DNA from: Selaginella moellendorffii
Lineage: Eukaryota; Plantae; Lycopodiophyta
Reading direction: 5' to 3'
Length of the DNA: 63,973 nucleotides
NCBI RefSeq assembly: GCF_000143415.4
Contig: NW_003314280.1
Coordinates: 987,663 to 1,051,635 of the forward strand
In this document: piece by piece, positions 11,613 to 24,151 of the stretch
How the letters are laid out: every line of letters begins with the position of its first letter
How positions within the stretch are numbered: the first letter of the stretch is position 1
Made by a program: the position numbers and the translations under genes
The notes under the pieces: model-generated
The model's input: only the letters and a program-made list of their open reading frames with translations
Databases searched by the model: none
Told to the model about the DNA's origin: nothing

Positions 11613-12325
11613 GGAGACTGAAGCCATATTGAGGTGATGGTGAATCCGCTTGTCTCCGTTGGCTGCCTCCCAGAGTTTAACAGGGTTGAAGCTCACCATG
11701 TTGTTCCAGGGGTCAAGCAAGTTGTCAAGGAACTGGTACGTGTAGATTTTATGATAAAAAATTGTCATTGTCCTCCAGGAAGAGGATTTGCTTGAGCTGG
11801 AGTGCTTTGCTGCCTCAAGTTTTGGAGAGAATGGTGGCGATCTGTGGGAGGCGCTCATCCATCCCTTCGAATGCATTCTCGATCGCTTGACTGTGGTATG
11901 GGGGATTGTTTCGCATCTCAAGGATGTCAACGATTCTGACGCTCTTCGAGCTGCTGTGGACGAAGCACAAGTAGCTTTACCTGTTCTTTCTCTTGAGTTT
12001 TAGGACTGTTGTGCAGCCCTTGAGAACGAACTTTTTGTTGAGGTTAGGACAGAGCAACGCTTTGTATCAGGCGTTTGAGAAGATCCGCAGTGGTGCCTTG
12101 TTCGATACACTGAACGAAGCTCAGCAACGAGTTGTAGAAGGTATGTGAGCGCTTCATTTGATCTCTTGTGGAGTTCTCTCTCTTTTGTTTTCTTCAGGAC
12201 GTTTGAAAGATGCCATACTAAATGGAGTGGCATTAGAACATGAGAAGAAAGTGCATTTTAATGAGATCCAACAGGTATATATATGTGTTTGTTCTTGGCT
12301 AACATTTCAAAGTTTTGCAGGAGCT
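11613..12325 (+). pseudogene. 5' partial duplicate (exons 1-4 with introns) of the oligopeptidase gene at 19611-20337
   Basis: Near-identical sequence that breaks off 5 nt into exon 5. Confidence 0.92.
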
Positions 12326-12396
12326 ATCATAGGTATCGTACATTCATCACATCCAAGATTCAATGAAATTTAACATCACGAATTAAACATACCTAG

Positions 12397-13330
12397 ATAA
12401 TATTGAGGCGCCCAAAGCTGGTGCTGGCGGCATCACTCTTCATCACACAATGCAATACTGGTACGTGAAGTTAACACGAAGAATCATAGTCCCGAGTGAT
12501 CGATCGAAACTCTGATCGCAGGTTTCTGGACCGAGCAGCCACAATCGTCAACGGAGAGCACCACGGCTCCGAAAAGATCAATCCGTGGAGGCTACGCCCG
12601 GTGAGCCATGTAGAGGAGCTCAAATTGCTGCTGCGAATGACGCCCGTGTGGGCGACGGGCATCCCGATCTTCGTGGCGTGGTGGCAGCAGAGCACGTTTT
12701 GGATCGGGCAGGGCTACGTCATGGATCTCCGCATGGGATCCTCCCCGCACGCTTTCAAGATGCAGCCCGTGACGCTCCCGGTCTTCTCCCTCCTCACGAT
12801 GATGATCTTCCTCCCCTTCTACGACAAGCTCGTCGTCCCGCTGGCCGCCAAGGTCACCAGGAACCCGCGCGGCATCACCTTCCTCCAGAGGATTGGCGTG
12901 GGGATCACCTTCGCCGCCTCGGCGATGCTGGTGGCGGGCGCGGTGGAGGTGAAGCGGCGGCGCCTCGGATTCGCCCACCCCCTCTCGTGCTTCTGGCTGG
13001 CCCCCCAGTTCTGGCCTCTCCGAGGCCTTCGTCACCATCGGCTACCTCGAGTTCTTCTACGATCAATCGCCGCCCAGCATGAGGAGCATGGCGGCGGCGG
13101 CGGTGTGGGCGATCATCGGCACTGGCAACTACGTCAGCACCGCCATCGTGGCGCTCATCAAGCGGTCAACGAGGATCTCGATGACCGAAAACCTCGAGTA
13201 CTTCTACTGGGTGCTGGCGGGCTGCCTGGCCGTCGATTTCGTGGCTCACCTTCTTGTCTCTACGTTCTACACGTACACAAAGCCGGACTACGCCGACGAC
13301 GGCGATCAAGTTCCCATTGCGATGATTTAG
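12397..13330 (+). pseudogene. NPF/PTR transporter, 5'-truncated, frameshifted near 13010
   Basis: LHHTMQY(W) | intron 12461-12521 | FLDRAA..NPWRL..VEELK, ITFLQRIGVG, PQF then frame change to GLSEAF..LEFFYDQSP. No upstream exons. Confidence 0.88.
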
Positions 13331-13364
13331 AATATATCATATTACATTGGTCTTTAATAGATGA

Positions 13365-15589
13365 CTATACTTGCTCCACCTTTTTCAAAACCTTCCCATT
13401 TTCCTCGGGCACGTCGTTCCAGCGCTTGTACCTATACCACCTTGCCACCACCATGTAGACTCCGAGATTGACGGTCAGGATCCCCGCCAGCATCCAGTAG
13501 AACAAATCCAGCCGTCCGCGGTTGATGTTATCGGGCACCCAGTTGGTCCTGGCGTGCACGGCGCTCACCATCGCGGTGCTACAATAGTTACCACCGCCAA
13601 TCACCATCCAAAACACCGCCGTGGCCATGCTTCGCATGCTCTCGGGCGACTGATCGTAGAAGAACTCGATCTGGCCGATGGAGAGGAAGAGCTCCGTCAC
13701 CCCAATGAGCACGTACTGCGGGAGCAGCCAGAAGATCGAGATGGGGATGGTCCGGTCGGGGGAGTCGAGCAGCCCCGCGGCGGCGGCGGCGCTGCGCCGC
13801 TTCACCTCGGTGGCGGCGGCGGCCACCATGACGAGGATGGAGACGACGAGGCCGATGGCGATCCTCTGGAGGGAGGTGAGGCCGCGGGGGTGGCCCGTGA
13901 TCCGGCGCAGCACTGGGATCCCCAGCTTGTCGTAGACCGGGATGAGGACGAGCAGCGCGAGAGTGGTGAATGCCGTCATCGATCCGGGCGGGATCTCGAA
14001 GGAGCTGGAGGCGACGAGGCGGCGGTCCATTGTCCGGCCCTGCTGGACCCAGAAGGTGCCCTGCTGCGCCCACGCCGTGTAGACGAGCACGCCCGTGCAT
14101 AGGACGGGTAGCAGCCGGAGCAGCAGCTTGAGCTCCTCCACGCTGTGGACGCTGCTCACCTTCCAGGGGTTCACATCGCTGCCGCTGCGCCGCTGGTCAT
14201 CGTCTGTTACGATCGCAGCTTTGTCCAGGAATCTGGCAGAGCGCAGGATATGGAAATGTGAATCTCTCAAGAACCCTAATCTTGGAAAACCCTAAAAGCG
14301 AAGGGGAGAGACACCTAAAAACAGAGGTACGGGTAATATCACCTGAATTGATCCGTGTGGAGCAGCCGCGTGGGCGAGTGGAGCTTGTCCTTGGCCCCAA
14401 ACAGCTCCATCGGATCGTTCGGCAGCTCTAGCTTGCGCTTCTTCACGGCGGCGGCCATGACCTGGAAGAGCCTGGTGATGGGGCTGCCGGTGGGGCGGGC
14501 GATCCGGTAGATGGGCGTGCCGGCCACGAAGCTGATGACGGACAGCGCCATGAGCACGGCGGGGAGGCCGAATCCGACGGCCCAGCCGACGTTGTCTTGG
14601 ATCCACACGAACACGGTGGAGGTGATGAGCGTGGCGAGCTGGAGTGTGAAGTAGTACCAGTTGAAGAAGTGGAGGATCTGGGTGCGCTGCTTGGGATCCT
14701 CCTCGTTGAATTGGTCCGCCCCAAATGCAACGACGCATGGCCGAATCCCGCCCGAGCCCGCGGCCTGCAAAACGAAGGAGAGGTACAGGAATCCCAGCTG
14801 ACCCACTGTCGAGCGCTCGCACAGCGATGATTTCGCCGCGCATTGGTCGGGTCTCAGGCTGGGAACCAGGGCTTGGATCGTGAGAACGAAGGATCCCTGC
14901 CAAGCCACCAGGCAAATCAGTGCTCCACAGTTGAGATTGATCCTTTCTAGGCTTCTAGTATCTGATTCTCTTGTTCTTTCTCTGGTTTTCTTCTCTTCTT
15001 CTTTGACTTATCCTCGATCTTACAATGATTATATCTAATCGATCATTCCCCTCGTAGAATCTACAGGAGAAGGCTCTATCTATCCAAACTTTTGGCTAGA
15101 TGGAGGGATGGATGGTTTCTTACCAGTGTGAAGAGGATAGAGCCCAAGAGCACCACCCAGTAGCGACCAACATACGCATCAGCGATGATGGCACCGACAA
15201 AGGGTGTGAAGGCTGCGGTCCCGCTGAAAGTGGTGAGGGTGTTGGACGCATCGGCCGGCTTGAAATGGAGCTGCTGGACGAGGTATGTCACCAGATTCAC
15301 TTGCAGTCCAATGACTCCCAGCTTCTCAGTCGCCTCGTTCCCTGCAAGTCAAGCAGCAAAGCGACATGACGATCTTCTAGATCCTTGCAGAATTCTCGAG
15401 GGAGAGAGTTATACCAAAGATGAAAGGACTTGTCTTCCAGCCTCCTTTCACGATTCGGCGGCCTCGCCAAGTCGTGCTCCACTCAGGATCCTCGGCTCGC
15501 TGGGCTCCCTCGGGTCCTGCCTCGAGATTCATGCTGGATTTGTGTAACTCGACAGCGTGCTCCTCCTGCCAAAACAAGACACGGCCCAT
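13365..15589 (-). CDS. NPF (NRT1/PTR family) proton-dependent transporter, 4 exons: 15589(or 15532)-15415, 15341-15124, 14896-14343, 14232-13365
   Basis: GGWK, EATEK (ExxEK), GSGGIRPCVVAFGADQF, FFNWYYF, GSPITR, LQRIAIG, EFFYDQSPESMRS. GT-AG introns keep the frame. Confidence 0.93.
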
Positions 15590-16276
15590 GCATCACAAAA
15601 ACGATCCGGAATCAAAGCCAGGTTTTGCGAAAAGGTATCCAATCACTCAACCGACCATGTATGGAGATGGCGATTCTTTTCGTGTAGCGCGGAGAGATCA
15701 AACACGAAGAAGAACAAGTTTGAGATGCATTTTATAACCATGATCCACATCAATGACGGGCCTGCAAAGATAGGATCCGACCGCTCTTGTCTCGTCCGCA
15801 AGACTTCTTCCATCGAAAGAAACATGTCTACGAAATTTGCTTTCGGGGAGCCCGTGGATATACAAAGGGACAAAAGGTTGACGGGCTGGCTGAAGACACC
15901 AAATTGAAGCAAACTACACAACAGCATGATCTTTGCTCAGAATCACGACCGCTTTTCCACTGCCACTGATTGGCACTGAGAGTTTTTCAATTGTAAAAGT
16001 TGTTCAGTGCTTGCTGAAAGATCTTGACAAGCATTACGTTAAATCCCTGATGCGATAACGAAAGAACTTAGATATGTTCATTTTTTTGCCAGAAAATAAA
16101 CATTCAAACTAATCATTGAAGTTAATTAGTTGATTCCTGACGATCCAAGTCCAATTTGGCGCCATTGATTGTCTTAAGCAAAGAAGTTCTCTAGAAAACA
16201 GTTTCCAGGTTTCTAGGAAAGTCCAGGTGGTCCCGAAAAATACGTCTTTATTATTATCTGATGCAATGGGCACTTC

Positions 16277-16674
16277 ATGGAGGGCATTGGCAACGCAGTG
16301 TGGACGGGCGCGCTGCTCGTGTTGCTAGCACTGGTTGCGAAGCTATGGCGATCGATCGTCACCAGGTTCTGGCTGGAGCCAAGATCGCTCGACGCAAGGA
16401 TTCAAAGCCAGGGTATCCAGGGGCCGCCAAGGACTTTCATCGCAGGCAACATGCTCCAGGTGATGACGATGAGAGACACTGGCAAGGAGCGGGACATGGA
16501 AGGACGACGTTGTGAAGCATGTGTTGCTGGATTACCACCAGTGGTAATATGGTAACTTCTCCTCGTAAATTCCTGTACTCTGGACGATTTCTTCGCAGGA
16601 AAGAGGTATTGCTAATGGTGGGCGACGGAGCCCAGGATCAAGGTCACGGAGCCCGAGCTCATCAGAGAAGTTCT
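16277..16674 (+). pseudogene. Cytochrome P450 N-terminal fragment (CYP72-clan-like)
   Basis: TM anchor, QGIQGPP..FIAGNM, frameshift, YHQW*YG | intron | K..WWATEPRIKVTEPELIREVL, then an abrupt switch to PPR sequence. Confidence 0.8.
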
Positions 16675-16849
16675 ATGCCGGAGAGCGATACAATGTCATG
16701 GAATGTGATATGCCCGGCGGCGGAGGAGGCCAAAGCTCTATACGAGAGAATACCCGAGAAAGACCTCGTCTCGTCCACCTCGATGCTCCAATCTCTCGCC
16801 CACGAGCATCGAGTTCCAGGCTACCACATCGAGCTCCGGCATGCGCAGA

Positions 16850-18060
16850 AAGAACTTCCACGCGTATCCACACGCTCCAAGCAAGAACGTCGTGCTGGAT
16901 CATCCCTTCAAACATCTCTCGTGCTTCTACCTTTCTCGAGGCGAGGATGAAAGCTTGTAGCATTGAGTTGGAGCTGGCTAGATTATGCTTGGGCACTGCG
17001 TCGAAGATCTCCTTGGCTTGCTCAAGATTTCCCCCTGTGAGCATACGAAACCACCATTTGCTCAAACAGCTCCCTCGATTCCTCCAAGAGCCCCATCTCC
17101 GAGCAAGCCCCATTCTCCGAGCAAGGAATCATGGCATTCCAAACAACGATGCTTCGCCGTGGCATTGTGGTGAGATATGCCTGGCCTTGTGGATTTGCCC
17201 GGTCTGGTAGCGATCATCATGGTGTAGGAGGCCTCGTCGTGATCAGGCATGAAATTCCGGAAGAATGCCACTGCCTCTTCGATCCTGCGATGTAAAACGT
17301 ACCCTTTTGGAGCATCGAATTCCATTCTGCGCATTGCTTGCAATTGCCAGATTCATACGCCTGGTTCAAAATCGTCCATGCGACGGCATTGTGCTCAGCC
17401 ATCACCGAATCGAAGATCCTTCGCGCGTCGGCCACAAACCTTGCCTGCGCTAGAGCATGAAGCGAGAGACGACATTCCATTCCGGAATCCCGTGCAGGAA
17501 GAGATCCATCGCGGCCGTCCGCGCGTATCCATCGATCATCACCGTCCACGTGGCGAGAGAAGAGCGTTTGCTGGAGCAGGCGGCCATGAAACTCTTCTCC
17601 GGCATTGGCATCGAAAATCTCTTAGTGCCCGTTTTGGGCATAGGCCTGGATCATCGCGTTCCATGTTACGGCATTCTTCCGAGGCATCCATTGGAAGATC
17701 CCTCGCGCCTCTCGCAACGCGCTCTGCCCCAATCCAGTGATCATCGTCGTCATTCTTGGTAGCTTCCTCGCGTCGGCGATTTGGCTGTGCTGGGCATACG
17801 TCGTGATCATCGAGTTCTCTTTCCTTGCATCGAGTCGAAGATCTGGCGAGCGGACTGGATGTCGCCATTCTGTGCGTATGCCGAGAGGAGGATGTCGCGA
17901 GAAAATAGATTGAGCTGCTTGATCTGATCGAAAACCAGGCGAGCTTCACGCAATCTCCCACACGTCCCATACATTTGTATGAGGAGATTCGCAAGAAAAG
18001 TGTTCTGCTTGCTGTGGCGGATCCGACTAGCCTGAGCTTGTCGGCCTCTGTTAAAAGCGT
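16850..18060 (-). pseudogene. PLS-class PPR pseudogene
   Basis: NTFLANLLIQMYGTCG, AYAQNG, KNAVTWNAMIQAYAQNGH spread over several frames. Confidence 0.85.
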
Positions 18061-18229
18061 TGCTCTTGGTGGTCTTGCTGCTCTTGGCAGTCGAGAGGAC
18101 CAAAAGCCGAGTAGATCTTCTTGTTGCTAAGTGGACGTCGAGCAAGTGTTGGTTCTTCTCGGCCTGCGCTTTGAAAATCTGGCCGTGTCTACTTTAGCAG
18201 TTCCCCAGGACTCCTGCTCCTCCTGCTTG

Positions 18230-18840
18230 ATGTTTCGCTGCATTTCCTACGCAACGACCATTTCACTGGACAATTCAGCTTGTGACGCTAGGAGGTTCGC
18301 GGCGGTTCTTCGATTTTGCAGCAGAACCAGGGATCTGCCGCGGGGAAAAGAGATTTACGGTCAGGCGACTGTGCAGCGAGCAGCTATCTCGCGAATTTGG
18401 CAATCCGGAGCCTGCAAGAAGCAAGAGAGATTTTCTATCGCATGGGCTCTGCGAGGAATCGCTTCTCTTGGGACAATATGATCGCTGCTTATGCCCAAAA
18501 TGATGCAATGCCAGAAAAGAACTGAGTTTCATGGACGGCTATCCATGCCCAATGCGGGCATTTGCTAAAAGCAACCTAGTAGGGACATTTTCCCCTGGAA
18601 TTCAATGATCCAAGCGTACGGACAGAGAGGGCATCTCCAAAAATTTCGTGACATTTGTGAAAGAATGCTTGACCACGACATTGTGACGTGGCATTGTGTC
18701 TACACCTCATTCAAGCCGACACACCATGCTGGAGGGAAATGAGATATCTTGAACGATCACAACCGTCACCCACATGCAAATCTGGCAGCTCCAGAATGTG
18801 AAGTCTGTCTTCGAAAGGGTGCCGGAATGGAATGTGTTAT
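18230..18840 (+). pseudogene. PLS-class PPR fragments
   Basis: FAAVLRFC..DLPRGKEI, SLQEAREIFYRM..RNRFSWDNMIAAYAQN, with frameshifts. Confidence 0.75.
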
Positions 18841-19634
18841 GGATGGATATGGATTAAATGGTAGAATAAATTAAAATATACTAAGAAGTGTTTAAGGAAG
18901 TTTTAATCTAAATGAATAAGAACCAATAGATAGTAGAATATCCTATAATATCAAAGCATATTTTAAGTATATTCACTGCCACCCACTCTTTTTATGAGAA
19001 AACCAAAAAAAATGCACTCTTATTTATAGACACTTTTTTTATATTTAAATCTCATTAGAAGTCATTTTTTGATTTGCTTAAGCAAACCTGTAAAGGCACT
19101 GTAACCTGTATTGGATTAATAAGTAAAAATTGGTATGCATTGCATGTAGCAATGTTTGGTTTGCTTATAAGTAGTGTTATTCTTACTTATTAGTTCATTT
19201 GATCAAATAAAATTTATAATTATATAGTTTATCATAAGATTAATCTTATTGCATATCAACCATTAAAAGATAGAATAGAAAAGAATATACTAAAAAAGGT
19301 TTTAAAAAGTTTATAAATTATAATCATGTTTATAAATTATAAATACAAGATTAATCTAAATGAATAACAACAATTAGATGGTAGAATATCCTAGAATATT
19401 TAAGCATATCCTAGGTATATTCAATACTATCTCTAAAGGTTTGCTTAAGCAAACCAAAAATAACGGCATAACAATTTATTTTAATTGTTGAGATATGTAA
19501 AACTTGATTAAGCTTTTTGTTTCTCTAAATTTTTCCTCAAAACAAAGAGGTCTACTTTACACAGCTTGTCTATCACTAATTATATTGATTAATATTTAGG
19601 TTATAGAAGTGGAGACTGAAGCCATATTGAGGTG

Positions 19635-22622
19635 ATGATGAATCCGCTTGTCTCCGTTGGCTGCCTCCCAGAGTTTAACAGGGTTGAAGCTCACCATGTT
19701 GTTCCAGGGGTCAAGCAAGTTGTCAAGGAACTGGTACGTGTAGATTTTATGATAAAAAATTGTCATTGTGGTGTTTATTTCTTCCTCCAGGAAAAGGATT
19801 TGCTTCAGCTGGAGTGCTTTGCTGCCTCAAGTTTTGGAGAGAATGGTGGCGATCTGTGGGAGGCGCTCGTCCATCCCTTCGAACGCATTCTTGATCACTT
19901 GACTGTGGTATGGGGGATTGTTTCGCATCTCAAGGATGTCAAGGATTCCGACGCTCTTCGACCTGCTGTGGACGAAGCACAAGTAACTTTACTTGTTCTT
20001 TCTCCTGAGTTTTAGGACTGTTGTGCAGCCCTTGAGAACGAACTTTTTGTTGAGATTAGGACAGAGCAAGGCTTTGTATCAGGCGTTTGAGAAGATCCGC
20101 AATGGTGCCTTGTTCGATACACTGAACGAAGCTCAGCAACGAGTTGTAGAAGGTATGTGAGCGCTTCATTTGATCTCTTGTGGAGTTCTCTCTCTTTTGT
20201 TTACTTCAGGACGTTTGAAAGATGCCATACTAAATGGAGTGGCATTAGAACATGAGAAGAAAGTGCATTTTAATGAGATCCAACAGGTATATAGATGTGT
20301 TTGTTCTTGGCTAACATTTCAAAGTTTTGCAGGAGCTGGAGAAATTACTGAACAAATTCAGTGAAAATGTGCTGGACTCCACCAAGTTGTTTGGGAAGCT
20401 GGTGACTGATATTTCTGTTCTTGAAGGCTTGCCGGAAACGGCTCTTTCTCTTGCTGCACAAGCTGCAGTATCCAACGTAAGATCCTTAAGTTCGCTATTG
20501 ATAATGCTTTGGTCATGTTGTATTTTTTGCAGGGATACGAAGGCGCCAATGCGAAGAGTGGACCGTGGCTGATAACTCTGGACAGTTCCATGTACTCGGC
20601 AGTGATGAAATTTGCGAGAAACCGTGACCTTCGCGAGGAAGTATATCGCGCAGACATCACAGTGGCCTCCGGAGAGAGTTTTGATAACTTCCCTGTAATT
20701 ACAAGAATTCTCGAGCTTCGCCAGCAGAAAGCGGAATTGTTAGGATACGAAAACCACAGGTAATATTACCTATACATAGAGTCTAAAAAGTTCTTTTTAG
20801 TACAGGTGAGTATGCTTCAAAAGATGGCCACACTGGATTCTTGTCATGCACTTCTCGAAAAACTGCATAGTTGTTCACGAGATGCTGCTATTCGAGGTCT
20901 ATGTTCTCTCTGCTATCAAAGCTTATTGCAAGTGTTTTCTTTTTCGTTGATCTTCGTTTTAGACATGCGGGAGCTTGAGGAATTTGTGAGAAGTGAAAAC
21001 TCAGAAGAAGATGAGAATTTGTTCCACTGGGACATTCCATATTGGACGGAGCGCTTCAGGGAGGCCAAGCTTGACATGAATGATGTAAGTTTTCCTTCCA
21101 AGGCTTGGTCATATTTGCTCACTTTATTTTGGAATTCTGAGGAACTCAGGCCGTATTTCTCCATGCCTAATGTCATGGATGGCCTGTTCAGCCTTGCGAA
21201 GCGCTTGTTTGGCGTCCACATTGAAGAGTTGGAAGAAAATACACCAGTAAGCGTGCATGCCAAAACTATGATCCATCTATCTCAATCTGAATAACAGGTC
21301 TGGGACAAAGAAGTTAAGCTTTACAAGGTGGCCGAATGCGCCAGCGGAGAAAATCTGGGATACTTTTACCTGGACCCATTCTCGAGGCCGCACCAGAAGA
21401 GAAGTGGAAATTGGATGGGCGTAGTCTTTAACAGAAGCCATGCAGCTGTGCAAAAAGGTGGCGTTGTGCGATTGCCTGTCGCTCATATTGTCTGCAACCA
21501 GGCACCACCATTACCCGATCAGCCAAGCTTGATGACGCAGTAGGCTTTTTTATATTCATGATCTTATGGGTAGCGCTGACAAGTTTGACGGAGCACTTAT
21601 GATTGAAACTTTGCAGGTGACAATGCTGTTTCATGAGTTCGGGCATGCTTTGCAGCACCTTTTGAGCAAACAGGACGAGGGTCTTGTGGCTGGATCCGAA
21701 GGAATAGAGTGGGATGCAGTCGAGATTCCCTCCCAGTTTATGAAGAACTGGTGCTATGACAGGTCTGATTCGATTGTAACAAACTAGTCTTCAACTAATC
21801 TCGTGATCGCAGGAACACTTTGATGAGCTTTGCAGTGCACTATAGAACTGGCCAAGAGCTCCCAGAGGCGCTATATACGAAACTCAAGTCGTCAAGAACG
21901 TTTTTCTCGGCTTCAAACGTTCTTTATCTGGTAAGCCGAATGAAGAAAAGTTTTCTTGGAATAATTTCTCGTTTTTGAATGCACACAGGTTTCCCGATCT
22001 CTGATTGATCTCAAGCTGCATGCAAAGCTCGAAGCCGTGAATTCGAAAGAGATTTACAACTTGTGCAACAAGGTTGCAGGGGAGATATTGATACCCCCTT
22101 TGCCTGAAGACAAGTCCATCTGCAAATTCCTCCACTTATTCGCCAGTATGTGTTTTGCCTCTATTTCTAATCTCTCCTGTATTTTTTCTCTTGTTGGTTG
22201 TCATTCTTGTAGCAACTGAGTATGCAGCTGGTTACTATAGCTACCTGGTAAGCTGGCCTCAGAAAACATCCTGACACTCAAAAAGAATCTTGGTATGATT
22301 CTGTGCAGTGGTCCGAGGTTCTGTCATCAGATGCTTTTGGAGCGTTTGAAGAAGCAGGCCTTGAAAATGAAACTGTGAGTGAAAACAATCAGGAGTGGGA
22401 AGCAATTGTTTCACTTTTGTATGTTTCACAGGCTGTTAAGGAGGCAGGAAAATTATTTAAGCAGACAATTCTTGAGCTTGGTGGAGGCAGAGCGCCTGCT
22501 AAAGTAAAACTTTTGATAAATTTACACGAAACTCACGACGAGCTCTGCAGGTTTTTGAAGATTTCCGTGGAAGAGGCCCCAGCATAAATGCTCTTCTCAG
22601 GCATAGAGGTCTCGTGGTATAA
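19635..22622 (+). CDS. M3A-family oligopeptidase A (plant OOP/TOP-like), many short introns; possibly disabled at two splice junctions
   Basis: [47 protein letters not shown] (HExxH), [29 protein letters not shown]. Confidence 0.85.
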
Positions 22623-23274
22623 ATGTTGGTATATATATTGCTGCTTATCTAATAGCATAATCACTAAAAAAACCATGACTTCGAAAACAAAATGCTCGTG
22701 AGGAGCTAGCAATGGAGGACGAGTCCGCGAGTAAACACTGGAATTTCACGGTACACTCCTGCTCCGATCTTAATAAGATGGTTACTCCGTGGACGCTGTG
22801 CAGAGAAAGCCCGATCGCATCAGAGCCGAGGCCGCCGAGTACCGAAAGCTGCTACCTCTTCGCCTCAAGGAGCAGTGATAGCGGTGGGCGTCTCGTTCTC
22901 GGTCGCCTCCACTTGAATACAGGCTAAAGTTCATGAAGAAGCTGGAGCCAGACTACGCGCGGACGTAAGCTTCGGGGGCGACTCTTTTCCTTGGGTGAGG
23001 ACTTATGACAGAAGCAAAGTGAAGAGAAACGCTGCAGGAGCAAAAATTCTCGAGCGAGTGATATTGGCATGAAGACTTAGATGGAACAACCGATCAGAGA
23101 GAGCCGGATCGCTCATAACAAACACACGAATTAGAGACAAGCTTGCGTGAGCTGGAGCTGCTATTAGACTAGGAGAACATATGAATTTTATTGAGTGTGG
23201 GGTCTCCTAGGGCGACCAAAACAACACAGACATCAGCAACGTAATGGAAGAAAGAAAAAAAGATTACCATTTGT

Positions 23275-23466
23275 TCAGGGCCCATACTTGTTGGTTACAT
23301 TCGGGCCGCTGATGCTGGTTCCCGGCCCGCTTGGCCCTTCGGCTTTGGCATCGTGGCCTCCCTTGAGTGATGGCATTGGCATTGGCATGTCATCTCCATC
23401 ACCCTGCCCAAAAGAGCTAGCCACTAGGAGGAGGGTAAAGACAACAAGAAACTTTGCAAGAGTCAT
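23275..23466 (-). CDS. Small secreted Gly/Pro/Ser-rich peptide precursor (63 aa)
   Basis: Clear signal peptide MTLAKFLVVFTLLLVASSFG. A T-rich GT-AG intron-like stretch follows at 23267-23207. Confidence 0.6.
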   Translation of the reverse strand: MTLAKFLVVFTLLLVASSFGQGDGDDMPMPMPSLKGGHDAKAEGPSGPGTSISGPNVTNKYGP

Positions 23467-23810
23467 TGAGAGTATTCGACGAGAGCAAGTTCGTGGTGGA
23501 TTTGTGTTGTTTTATAGCCAAGGATCGTACACCACCAATATGCATGAGCAAGCCATGCTCTTTCTTTCCTTCGTTGTTGGTGGAATAGTCGATTGAATTT
23601 AATCTAACACCCGTGGGATAGCAATTTGTTTCCTGTAATTTGGATATGATTTTTTCCTTCTTCTCAGGAGCTAGAGTAAACTTGTAGGGCTTTCGACGAG
23701 AATGGCTCGAAGAGTAACTTTGCCAATGCAAGGTGAACCTTTTCTTTTTCTTTCTTCTTTGTCCAGCCTTTGATCGTGAAAAAAAAAAAGATTATAGAAT
23801 GTTGCCTTTT

Positions 23811-23853
23811 ACTAGGGAGTCCCGAGGCTTTGGATTTGTGACGATGGAGACGA
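23811..23853 (+). pseudogene. Short RRM (RNP1) fragment, SR45a/Tra2-like
   Basis: TRESRGFGFVTMET. Confidence 0.6.
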
Positions 23854-24151
23854 CGACAAATACCTCCATGATCTCTTCATGGAACTGTATGGTTTTCTCC
23901 TGGTGTATGAGGAGTGTCTAGTTGTTCTTTTCAGGTGTCTCAAATCAAACAAGCAGCTCGATCAACTGCTGAGCTTCCATGCTGCAGGCCAAAACAAAAC
24001 GCGCCCGTTCAATTCCTGGTAACTAGCTTAGCGTGAGGAGGAAGTTCTCCATGGGGCTGTGGCCACAGAGACTGGACTTTTCAAAAGCTAGAGGCTTGAC
24101 GAGCCCACACACAAATGCGCTGTAGATTGTTTAGTTTCCTGGACTTGGATC

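Noticed and set aside
13371-14102. Long antisense or alternate-frame ORFs over the NPF, PPR and CENP-V genes
   Set aside because: Shadow ORFs caused by high GC codon usage.
22712-22970. GC-rich coding-like patch
   Set aside because: Short, interrupted by stops and with no recognisable family.
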